Source: an uncultured bacterium
GTDB taxonomy: Bacteria; Caldisericota; Caldisericia; B22-G15
Reading direction: 5' to 3'
Length of the DNA: 18,845 nt
Assembly (NCBI GenBank): GCA_965612865.1
Contig: CBFDTJ010000024.1
Location: 1-18,845 of the forward strand
Each line of letters starts with the position of its first letter. The stretch's first letter is position 1. The notes beneath the pieces were generated by a model, which had not been told where the DNA came from, did not search any database, and saw nothing but the letters and a program-made list of their open reading frames with translations. The position numbers and the translations under genes were made by a program. This document shows positions 9,401 to 16,388 of this stretch, one piece after another.

Positions 9401-9823
9401 ATGAGTGATGATGAGGTGGAGACATTAAAGATAACATTAAAGGTTATGGATTACAATCCAATAATAAATGAGGCAGAGGTTGTATCAGATACCACTGATC
9501 CTGATACAACAAATAATACTGCAGTATCTGATAAGGTGGTGGATGTAGAGGATCCATTGATAAAGGGAACAGTACCAAGGGAAGGATACTTTGAATTCTT
9601 TGTTGATAGAGAGGGAAAGAAGTGGTTACTAAGGATACCTGATAGAGGATACACTACAGGATGGATACCATTTGTCAGGTTAAGGGATACAGAAAACTTT
9701 ATGACAGGATACTATTCTGATAGAAGGTATTACCTTAAATTTAACTGGTATTCATCTGGGAGATGTAGTCTTATCTTTAATGACAGAAGGGAGGGGATAG
9801 GTATTAAGTATGGGGGAAGGTAG
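6464..9823 (+). CDS. Large secreted surface protein: DUF2341-like domain, variable domain, five DUF11-type repeats and the shared C-terminal domain (paralogue B)
   Basis: ATG 6464 is preferred over TTG 6440 because it follows the purine-rich AAGGAAGGGAG and opens a signal peptide (MKRIVCSLIFISLIFSMLVFS). DUF2341-like LSYWIEKWD...YIYYGN. Repeats of the type DLSITK...G...TYTITITNNGPS.A.NV...D.IP...ITNTASV. Confidence 0.88.
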   Translation: MKRIVCSLIFISLIFSMLVFSPKHVKSSDPWYDLNYKHRIKVTLKFKGNFYWTGNNPIKIELTGYNVPSFWQFVQSDARDIVVTDEDGDELSYWIEKWDYSGKDAVIWINFYYPGMLGIWSDSNIAYIYYGNDSATGSGWHTDPDGGGWFAGNGDGTFDFFDDFEGSDIDTGKWDKDCSDESSGGLTQEDGVVELIVYPIYPLGTTGHSGMDSKYYAGHEQFCWETRFKLIRDDYLYAYRNIINVLGDFDIDGDGDIDDNDEYGYRGKSSPIFGTLWYYWGDYTDKEIERNKWFKDIQFCDMVNNHNTFKWSVYKDVNGPLDFERTASIKNGNVDGKIRFFTGKSGTNLTLAGHLVVDYVFSYKPPSYPLDFIIFREENLVDLSVSTSSNPSNLIYNGGNVEFKATVSNNSEADTSNVTVKCYLPSNCEVQSISVSSGSYTYDSNTITWTIPTLSSNSNETLTVEEKATSPGDATFKATIENFDDHDTDTSNNSSSTTIPVYPAANVSASKEAPEEVIAGSTITYTINAYNSGPDPAENVRIMDDLPPETFGPIYGIYSEDGGQTWEYIPDGWTGNFTFPDPLPPGATFKVRIVRTVDPAVEEGKYITNYAEVTSTTKKSDGTSNYFQTPTVYTKVVTQALLEIEKTDSPDPVVAGETLTYTITITNNGPSYARNVTLTDNIPDEIENPQFRYRISSNGGNTWGDWSDWSSWSSPYNLGTLPNGEKFEVEIRGTVDPSTPDNSTITNTASVSSDAEDLNTYNNTDTENTTVKTKADLLSIKIDDTDPVVAGEVLTYTITITNNGPSYARNVTLTDNIPDEIENPEFRYRISSNGGTTWGDWSDWSSWSGSYNLGTLPNGEKFEVEIRGTVDPSTLEGSVITNTASVSSDTEDPDEGNNTDTEDTGVITRADLSITKTLAKDTNLVETEIEYTIEVKNNGPSYARNVRVMDEIPEGLLFVSYTSTKGVYNPNTGVWSIGDMSDDEVETLKITLKVMDYNPIINEAEVVSDTTDPDTTNNTAVSDKVVDVEDPLIKGTVPREGYFEFFVDREGKKWLLRIPDRGYTTGWIPFVRLRDTENFMTGYYSDRRYYLKFNWYSSGRCSLIFNDRREGIGIKYGGR
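7976..9190 (+). repeat. Three tandem 405-bp (135-aa) DUF11-type units, flanked by shorter related units at ~7604-7969 and 9191-~9550
   Basis: Units start at 7976, 8381 and 8786, and the next at 9191, an exact 405-bp period. 8456-8725 and 8861-9130 are highly similar at DNA level. aatggaccaagttatgcaaggaatgtaa occurs three times. Confidence 0.93.
9622..9692. repeat. 71-bp block with inverted copy at 16520-16590 (2 mismatches, including a 39-bp exact run)
   Basis: gtggttactaaggatacctgatagaggatacactacagg... in the C-terminal domain of B matches the reverse complement of 16520-16590 in C. Confidence 0.93.
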
Positions 9824-9831
9824 GAAATAAA

Positions 9832-11187
9832 TTAAAATAAATTGTCTTTGAAGCCAAGGGATTCAAGAAGGAGTTTTTTTGCACCTGCGGGATAAAGGTT
9901 TGAGATAGTGCCCATTGCGGAAAAGATGTAGTATTTATCTATAAGAATCTTTGGATTCTCGGGAAGAAGGAGTCTTTCGTTTTCAGTATTTTTAAACAGC
10001 CTTTTTAAAAAGGTTTTCATTGATGGAATATGGGTAAAAACTCCCCCTGTGCCAACCACCCATTTAACATTCCTCAAATCCTTTCCAAAAATTGCCTTTA
10101 TCTTTCCTGTGGGAGTATAAAGATACCTTACCTCCCCCACATGTCTTAAGAGAGCGGTTTTTACACAAACCTCTGCAAGCTTCTTTGTCAAATTAACTTC
10201 ACTCCTCTTCTCTGGAATTGGAGAAAGATGTTTGAATTTCTTTTCTATCTCTTCTCTGTTTAAAGGGTCTATCTCATCAAGCACATTCTTTGCAGAAACA
10301 TAAACACCAAGATCTCCCTCCACAGTTCTTTTGGCTATAGGTTCTGGATATATAACCACAGAATCCTTATCTTTTTTACCCTTTGTAACAGAGTGAACGT
10401 CAGTTGTTGCTCCTCCAACATCAAACCCCATGATATCTCCTATTTCCTTGTAGAGAAGCATAAAGGAATTCATCACAGCCCCTGGAGTTGGTATTATATC
10501 CCCTTCAACCCAATTCCTTATTTCTTCCATTCCTGGAGCATGGATTATATGTTCTTCAAAAACTCCCTGAATTACCTTTCTTACAGGCTCAATATTTAAC
10601 TTGTCAATTTCAGGATAAACATTTTCAGTTATGTATATTTTAAAACCTTTACTCTTAAATATATCCTTAACTATATCTCTTACTGCACGATTCCCTGCAA
10701 ATACAACAGGGGGTTTAATGGAAATGGTGGATAATCTTTTTGCATTTTCAACAACAATTCTATCCTCTCCAAAATCAACGCCCCCTGATAGAAGGATTAT
10801 GTTTGGTTTTATCTCCTCAATTTTTTTTAAGTCATATGGAGTTATAAGTCCTGCAGTTATAAGTTTAACAATGGCTCCTGCACCAAGAGCTGCTTCTTTT
10901 GCTGCCTTTGCAGTCATCTCAAGCACAAGCCCATGAACTGTCATCTTAAGACCGCCTGCAGCAGAGGAATTTCCAAAGAGATGTGTCCATGTAAGTTTAT
11001 CTGCACCAAGTTTATTTTTTAGGTCGTCTATAGCTCTCTCAAGCCCTTTTGTGACATCCCCCTCATCAACTGTAGTTTTTGCTATGCCCTTTCCTAAATA
11101 TCTTGGATTTTTCTCCTTTAGAGAGGAGAAAGCAGATACCTTTGTAATAGTTGAGCCTATCTCAACAACCAGTGTATGAACTCTCAC
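9832..11187 (-). CDS. GlmL/MutL(glutamate mutase)-family protein; probable reactivase of a B12-dependent mutase, ornithine-degradation-related type
   Basis: LVVEIGSTITK, SSAAGGLKMTVHGLV, AAKEAALGAGA, GGVDFGE, ENVYP, HIIHAPGM, PTPGAV, DVGGATTDVHSV, KRTVEGDLG and VGTGG; ASKHA-type ATPase motifs. Confidence 0.85.
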   Translation of the reverse strand: MRVHTLVVEIGSTITKVSAFSSLKEKNPRYLGKGIAKTTVDEGDVTKGLERAIDDLKNKLGADKLTWTHLFGNSSAAGGLKMTVHGLVLEMTAKAAKEAALGAGAIVKLITAGLITPYDLKKIEEIKPNIILLSGGVDFGEDRIVVENAKRLSTISIKPPVVFAGNRAVRDIVKDIFKSKGFKIYITENVYPEIDKLNIEPVRKVIQGVFEEHIIHAPGMEEIRNWVEGDIIPTPGAVMNSFMLLYKEIGDIMGFDVGGATTDVHSVTKGKKDKDSVVIYPEPIAKRTVEGDLGVYVSAKNVLDEIDPLNREEIEKKFKHLSPIPEKRSEVNLTKKLAEVCVKTALLRHVGEVRYLYTPTGKIKAIFGKDLRNVKWVVGTGGVFTHIPSMKTFLKRLFKNTENERLLLPENPKILIDKYYIFSAMGTISNLYPAGAKKLLLESLGFKDNLF

Positions 11188-11195
11188 TAAAAGGA

Positions 11196-11204
11196 ATTAT
11201 AACA
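11196..11204 (-). promoter_or_regulatory. Extended -10 promoter (TGnTATAAT) immediately upstream of the GlmL-like gene
   Basis: The minus strand reads TG-T-TATAAT-tcctttta-GTG within a 23-bp intergenic gap, with no Shine-Dalgarno. Confidence 0.65.
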
Positions 11205-11210
11205 CAAGAG

Positions 11211-11990
11211 TTAAACTTCGCCTGGTGCAAACCTGCAGTTACAATGCCTTTCCTCTGGGATTAGTTTAACTACCTCAATTATTATCTTCTTCAGTATCTC
11301 ACTCTTTTCGTCCATGAGTCTCTTCACTTCTTCATGGGTTATCATTTCATCTGTTATTCCTGCAGCAAAGTTGGTTACTATCCCGATAGAGGCATAACAC
11401 AAGCCCAGTTCTCTAGCAAGGGTAACTTCAGGAACACCAGTCATACCAACAATATCACCACCAAGAATCTGAAGCATCTTTATTTCTGCTCTTGATTCAT
11501 ATCTTGGTCCATTCATGGCAACATATGTTCCTTTAAAGTGGAACCTTACCCCTTCTTTCTCTATAACATTCTTTATAACCTCTCTCATCTCCGAACAGTA
11601 TGGATCTGTCATATCTGTATGAACAACCTTCCCCACGGAATCAAAGAATGTAAAGTCTCTATCGTGTGTAAAATCAAGAAATTGATCTATTATCACAAAA
11701 TCACCTGGCTTCATATCCTTGTTGAGAGAACCTGAGGCAGATGTCGCAAGTATTCTTTCAACACCAACTTCCTTCATAGCCCAGATGTTTGCTCTGTAGG
11801 GAATAAGGTGAGGTGGAATTGTATGGGTTTTTCCGTGCCTTGGCACAAAAATAACTTCCCTATCACCAATCTCTCCGATACTAACCTCAACACTTCCAAA
11901 TGGGGTTATTATCTCTTTTTTCTCCTTATCTTTCACACCGGGTAAATCATAAAATCCACTCCCTCCAATTACACCAAATTTCTTTCCCAT
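11211..11990 (-). CDS. mtnP: MTAP/PNP-family nucleoside phosphorylase, probably of the methylthioinosine/6-oxopurine type
   Basis: GVIGGSGFY, TPFG, PRHGKTHTIPPH..YRANIWA, DQFLDFT, GPRYESRAE, VGMTGVPE..LARE, VTNFAAG and a C-terminal CNC; GGAGGAG Shine-Dalgarno. Confidence 0.88.
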   Translation of the reverse strand: MGKKFGVIGGSGFYDLPGVKDKEKKEIITPFGSVEVSIGEIGDREVIFVPRHGKTHTIPPHLIPYRANIWAMKEVGVERILATSASGSLNKDMKPGDFVIIDQFLDFTHDRDFTFFDSVGKVVHTDMTDPYCSEMREVIKNVIEKEGVRFHFKGTYVAMNGPRYESRAEIKMLQILGGDIVGMTGVPEVTLARELGLCYASIGIVTNFAAGITDEMITHEEVKRLMDEKSEILKKIIIEVVKLIPEERHCNCRFAPGEV

Positions 11991-12637
11991 AACTCCTCCT
12001 TTACTCTCTTTGAAATTTTATCAGCAATTCTTATTGGCTCTGGAATTCTATACTTTATACAGAGAGATAACACTATATCTTTAGATTTTTCTATGTCTAT
12101 CATATTCCCGGGAGAAACGAAAAGAGGTCTTACTTTATCCTTTGTTCTTAGCACCACTCCAATTTTCTCTCTCTTATTAAATAAATATGTGAAGCTCCCC
12201 TTCTTCTCTTCAGGTTCAACAAATTTCCCGAAGAGATGGCTTTTTGCAACGCCAATTGTCGGTTTTTCAATAAGAATTCCTATATATGTGGCAAGACCAA
12301 GTTCTCTTGGATGTGCTATTCCCTGCCCATCCACAAGAACCACATCAATCTCTTTTAAATCAAAATGTTTTTTTATCGTCTTTACCGCATAGGGACCCTC
12401 TCTAAATGAAAGAAAAGTTGGAATGTATGGAAATGTAACCTTTTCTTTTTCTACAACAACATCCTTAACTTTTTTTTCTAAAGCATCATACTTTACTACA
12501 ACTGTGTATTGTAAATCTCTTTTATATGAAACATCCACACCAAGAACAGTGTTTACCCTGCCTATATTTCCAGAGAGAACTATTCTTTTCCTTAAATTCT
12601 TTTGAATTTTAATAAACTTTTTTAGAGTTTTATTCAT
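11969..12637 (-). CDS. nfi: Endonuclease V
   Basis: GVDVSY, FPYIPTFLSFRE, VDGQGIAHPR..GLA, PTIGVAKS, PLFVSPG and YRIPEPIRIAD. Start placed at ATG 12637 (MNKTL), which overlaps the upstream stop, rather than at 12679. Confidence 0.95.
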   Translation of the reverse strand: MNKTLKKFIKIQKNLRKRIVLSGNIGRVNTVLGVDVSYKRDLQYTVVVKYDALEKKVKDVVVEKEKVTFPYIPTFLSFREGPYAVKTIKKHFDLKEIDVVLVDGQGIAHPRELGLATYIGILIEKPTIGVAKSHLFGKFVEPEEKKGSFTYLFNKREKIGVVLRTKDKVRPLFVSPGNMIDIEKSKDIVLSLCIKYRIPEPIRIADKISKRVKEELWERNLV

Positions 12638-13436
12638 TATCGTAATAAAACCAGATTGAATAATGGGTCTTTCTTCCAAGTCTATCCACAGCGTAAAAAT
12701 CTATATACTCTTTTCTTATTTTAAGAGTGGCATTGTCAATGACAAAAAAACCAAAAAAATTAAAATCCTTCTTTACCTGTTTAAAGGATATGTTTGAAAA
12801 GTATGTGGTGGAACCGGTATATTTAAGGGTCAATCTTAAAGGATAATCTTTTATAAACAATACAGAATCGTTTATAAGTTTTATGACATAAGGAAGATAC
12901 TGCTCTTCTTCAGAAGGAAACGGCTTACCATTGTATCTAAACTCGTTATTTTTAAATTCAATAGAAACTTCACTCTTAAGCTCATCACTTTCTACAATTA
13001 TTTTCCCTTCGTCAAGAAAAAACTTGGCAGTAAAATTTATGCTCCCTGCAGGAAATGAACCATAGACAACAGTCTTAAATTTCCTTTTTTCTGGTAAATC
13101 CCTGCTTATGGATTCCACAATTTTTGACATTCCTTCTTTGAAACTTAGAAGCTTAAAAGTAACCTCTCTTTGTATCTTAAGATCTATTTTTCTCTTTACA
13201 CTAAAGAATCCAGGTTTTTCTACTTTAACAATGTACTCTTTGGGTTGAAGTTTGAAAGTTACCCATCCATCTTTACCTGTTTCTCCTTCCTCATATGACA
13301 GAATACTTACCCATGCTCCCTGAACAGGATTTCCTTTTGTATCAAGAACGATAACCTTTAAAGTTCTACTAACACTACATGAAATAGACGAGAAGAGTAT
13401 TATAAAGAGGATTGATATTAAAATAAACTTTCTCAC
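12630..13436 (-). CDS. Putative lipoprotein with N-terminal carboxypeptidase-regulatory/PEGA-like beta-sandwich
   Basis: MRK, hydrophobic stretch, SISC lipobox-like; V.D.KGNPVQGA.V...TGKDG.V.F.L....Y.V.VEKPGF pattern; GTGA overlap with rsfS. Confidence 0.7.
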   Translation of the reverse strand: MRKFILISILFIILFSSISCSVSRTLKVIVLDTKGNPVQGAWVSILSYEEGETGKDGWVTFKLQPKEYIVKVEKPGFFSVKRKIDLKIQREVTFKLLSFKEGMSKIVESISRDLPEKRKFKTVVYGSFPAGSINFTAKFFLDEGKIIVESDELKSEVSIEFKNNEFRYNGKPFPSEEEQYLPYVIKLINDSVLFIKDYPLRLTLKYTGSTTYFSNISFKQVKKDFNFFGFFVIDNATLKIRKEYIDFYAVDRLGRKTHYSIWFYYDNE

Positions 13437-13792
13437 TTCTTCCCAAACTCCACTCTTTTAGCCTCTATCCAGAGATCCTCAAGGTTGTAGTATTCCCTCT
13501 TCTCTGGAAGAAATATATGAACAAGAAAATCGCCATAATCCATAACAATCCATGAACCTTTCTCATACCCCTCAACAGAGAGAGGGAGTGTCTTTTCATT
13601 CTTTTTTAATTTTATGTAAATTTCGTCGCTTATTGCCCTTGCCTGAATGTCAGTTTCAGCAGAGCAAATAAATACATAATCAAAAAGGGGAGTTATTTTT
13701 CTTACATCAAGACATACAATATCCTCCCCTTTCTTGTCGACAATTGCATTAAAAGTTTTTTCTAAAATTGGATCAATTTTCTCTCCTCCCAC
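13433..13792 (-). CDS. rsfS: Ribosome silencing factor
   Basis: DKKGEDIVCLDV, DYVFICS, VEG, WIVMDYGDFLVHIF and REYYNLEDLW; AAGGAGG before the GTG. Confidence 0.97.
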   Translation of the reverse strand: MGGEKIDPILEKTFNAIVDKKGEDIVCLDVRKITPLFDYVFICSAETDIQARAISDEIYIKLKKNEKTLPLSVEGYEKGSWIVMDYGDFLVHIFLPEKREYYNLEDLWIEAKRVEFGKK

Positions 13793-14415
13793 GGATCATC
13801 CTCCTTGTATAAATTGTGTTTTTTGATATACTCCTCCACCTCTTCAGGAACAAGGTATTTTATTGGAAGACCCTCCTTGATCCTATTCCTTATCTCTGTG
13901 GAGGAGATGGAAAGAGCAGGAACCCTCATGATTATGACTCTCTCATCACACTTATTACAAATTTTCTTTAACTTTTCCTTGAGTCTTTTAAGATTGTATC
14001 CAGGTCTTGTTGCAGCAATAAAACAGCACATGGTTAGAAGCTCTCTTGGTTTCTTCCATGTGAGGATGCTTAAAACAGAATCGGCGCCGGTAATAAAATA
14101 GATGTTGTAGCTCTCCTCTGGATAAATTTTTCTAAATTCCTTTATGGTGTCATAGGTATAGGACTTCTTAAAATGGTCTATTTCGATCCTTGAAACAAAA
14201 AAATGTGGATTTGAAGCTGTGGCAAGAAGCGTCATGGCAAATCTTCTCTCTGGATCTATAAGGTGTGTGGGTTTTTTGTAGCCTGGAACACCAACAGGTA
14301 CAAAGATCACTCTCTCCAGCGAAAATCTCACCCTTGCCTCCTCAGCAACAACAAGGTGGCCTATGTGTATGGGATTGAAAGAACCTCCAATTATTCCTAT
14401 TGATTTCTTACTCAT
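13762..14415 (-). CDS. nadD: Nicotinate-nucleotide adenylyltransferase
   Basis: GGSFNPIHIGH, SYTYDT, FITGADS, ISSTEIRNR and YLVP..V..YI...LY. Confidence 0.97.
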   Translation of the reverse strand: MSKKSIGIIGGSFNPIHIGHLVVAEEARVRFSLERVIFVPVGVPGYKKPTHLIDPERRFAMTLLATASNPHFFVSRIEIDHFKKSYTYDTIKEFRKIYPEESYNIYFITGADSVLSILTWKKPRELLTMCCFIAATRPGYNLKRLKEKLKKICNKCDERVIIMRVPALSISSTEIRNRIKEGLPIKYLVPEEVEEYIKKHNLYKEDDPWEERKLIQF

Positions 14416-15703
14416 GATATCTAAACCTTATACCTTCTATTATAACAAGATCTCCTTCTTTCACTCCAAGTTTTCTCAGTTCCTCCTCCACACCAAACCT
14501 TTTAAATATCTTTTGCACTCTCTCTACACCAAATGGAGATGAAAGATCTACGCCTTTAATAAGTCTTCCAAGCTCCTCTCCATAAACATAAAATGTCTCT
14601 CCAATCTTTTTAACTTCAATCTTTCTTTTATCTTTGTCCACTCTTAAAACATACCTTCTCTTTGGTCTTACAACCTTTTCCTTCTCTGGTAATTTTATCT
14701 TTCCTATTTCTTTTTTGAGTTCACTGATTCCTTCGCCTCTGATAGCAGACATTTTAACAACTGGAAATCCCTGTTTATAAAAGTAATTTTCTGCCTCTTC
14801 AAGATTTTTCACAGGGAGGTCGATTTTATTTAAAACAATTACCTTTTGCTTCTCAAGAATTTCAGGATTAAACTCCTTAATCTCATTTACAAGATTCTTA
14901 TACTGAGTTAATGCATCCATGGGTGAGGTTTCCGAAACATCGAGAACAAATATCAAAAAATAAGTCCTCTGAATATGCCTTAAAAATGTGAGCCCGAGCC
15001 CCTTTCCCTCATGTGCTCCATCTATAAGCCCGGGAAGATCAACAATTCTTAATGACTTCTTATCGTCAATTCTTACCTCACCAATAACAGGAGTAAGAGT
15101 TGTGAAGGGATACGATGCTATCTTGGGTTTTGCATTGCTTATCTTGGATAGAATTGTGGATTTCCCAACATTGGGATATCCAACAAGTCCCCCTTCAGCT
15201 ATAATTCTTAATTCAAGTATAAGCCTTCTCTCTTCCCCCTCCTCTCCCAGAGTTCTTATACGGGGAGCTCTGTTTTCAGGAGTAGCAAAGGAAGCATTCC
15301 CTTTTCCACCCTCGCCTCCTCTTGCAATAACAAGTTCCTCTCCCGGTTCCACAAGTTCTCCAAGAAGCTCACCTGTCTCTTTATCCCAGACAAGAACTCC
15401 TGGTGGAACATCAACAATCAGATCCTCTCCGTCTTTACCGGTTTTATTGCTTCCCTCACCATGTCTTCCATTCTCTGCTTTAAATATGTTCTTAAATCTA
15501 AAATTCGTGAGTGTATCAAGTTGTGGATTAACTTTTAGTATGACATCTCCCCCTTTGCCACCATCACCACCTGAAGGACCCCCGTATGGAACATACTTTT
15601 CTCTTCTGAAGGCTATTATACCGTCCCCCCCTTTTCCACCCTTGACAAAAATTTCTGCTAAATCAAAGGAATACTTTTTATTGAATTTCTTTTGGAATGA
15701 CAC
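14408..15703 (-). CDS. obgE: GTPase Obg/CgtA with C-terminal OCT (DUF1967-like) domain
   Basis: [52 protein letters not shown] and C-terminal [17 protein letters not shown]. The exact start is uncertain. Confidence 0.97.
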   Translation of the reverse strand: MSFQKKFNKKYSFDLAEIFVKGGKGGDGIIAFRREKYVPYGGPSGGDGGKGGDVILKVNPQLDTLTNFRFKNIFKAENGRHGEGSNKTGKDGEDLIVDVPPGVLVWDKETGELLGELVEPGEELVIARGGEGGKGNASFATPENRAPRIRTLGEEGEERRLILELRIIAEGGLVGYPNVGKSTILSKISNAKPKIASYPFTTLTPVIGEVRIDDKKSLRIVDLPGLIDGAHEGKGLGLTFLRHIQRTYFLIFVLDVSETSPMDALTQYKNLVNEIKEFNPEILEKQKVIVLNKIDLPVKNLEEAENYFYKQGFPVVKMSAIRGEGISELKKEIGKIKLPEKEKVVRPKRRYVLRVDKDKRKIEVKKIGETFYVYGEELGRLIKGVDLSSPFGVERVQKIFKRFGVEEELRKLGVKEGDLVIIEGIRFRYHE

Positions 15704-15941
15704 TTACCCTCTTTCTTCCCTTTCCAAAGGTCTCGAACTTTACAACTCCATAGATCTTTGAAAAGATTGTATAATCGTTACCAAGGCCAGTGTTTTTTCC
15801 TGGTTTTATTCTTGAACCACGCTGTCTTACAATTATTGACCCTGGTTTAACAATTTGACCATCAAAGGCCTTCACACCAAGATATTTTGGGTTGGAATCT
15901 CTTCCGTTTTTTGACTTTCCACCACTCTTTTTATGAGCCAT
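15678..15941 (-). CDS. rpmA: 50S ribosomal protein L27
   Basis: [20 protein letters not shown] and GSIIVRQRG. Confidence 0.99.
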   Translation of the reverse strand: MAHKKSGGKSKNGRDSNPKYLGVKAFDGQIVKPGSIIVRQRGSRIKPGKNTGLGNDYTIFSKIYGVVKFETFGKGRKRVSVIPKEIQ

Positions 15942-15943
15942 AA

Positions 15944-16261
15944 CTAACCTCCTAATTCAATCTTCTCAATCTTTACAACAGTTTTTCTCTGTCTATGACC
16001 CAGCATTCTCTTATGGGTTGTCTTTGCATGATATGTAAATACTTTAATCTTTCTCTCCTTCATCTGTTTTAAAACCTTACCAAGAACCTTTGCTCCCTCA
16101 ACATAGGGAGTGCCAACAACTTCTTCGTTCTCTTTCTTTAAAAGAAGGACTTTATCAAAGACAACCTCACTTCCCTCATCATATGGAAGTTTCTCCACCT
16201 TTAATGTATCGCCTTCTTTAACAAGATACTGCTTTCCACCTGCCTCTATAATTGCAAACAC
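15944..16261 (-). CDS. rplU: 50S ribosomal protein L21
   Basis: [21 protein letters not shown] and GHRQ. Start placed at GTG 16261, which follows AAGGAGGT, rather than ATG 16276. Confidence 0.97.
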   Translation of the reverse strand: MFAIIEAGGKQYLVKEGDTLKVEKLPYDEGSEVVFDKVLLLKKENEEVVGTPYVEGAKVLGKVLKQMKERKIKVFTYHAKTTHKRMLGHRQRKTVVKIEKIELGG

Positions 16262-16298
16262 CTTAACCTCCTTCATGTCTATAGTTCAACATCTTATT

Positions 16299-16326
16299 AT
16301 TCTACAATAAGTTTACCATAAATCAA
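16299..16326 (-). promoter_or_regulatory. Putative sigma70 promoter of the rplU operon
   Basis: TTGATT (16326-16321), 16-bp spacer, TAGAAT (16304-16299). Confidence 0.5.
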
Positions 16327-16388
16327 GAGGATATCTGAATTTCCAACCCATAATGAATTTATGTGTTTCTGAGTTTATTTAACTTACC

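Noticed and set aside
14988..15761. 257-aa plus-strand ORF
   Set aside because: It is the antisense shadow of obgE; its Pro/Ser richness mirrors the Gly/Glu codons on the coding strand.
16327..16388. Intrinsic terminator or L21 leader RNA between C and rplU
   Set aside because: Only a weak 5-bp AT-rich stem (cataa...ttatg) is present, with no GC-rich hairpin and U tract.
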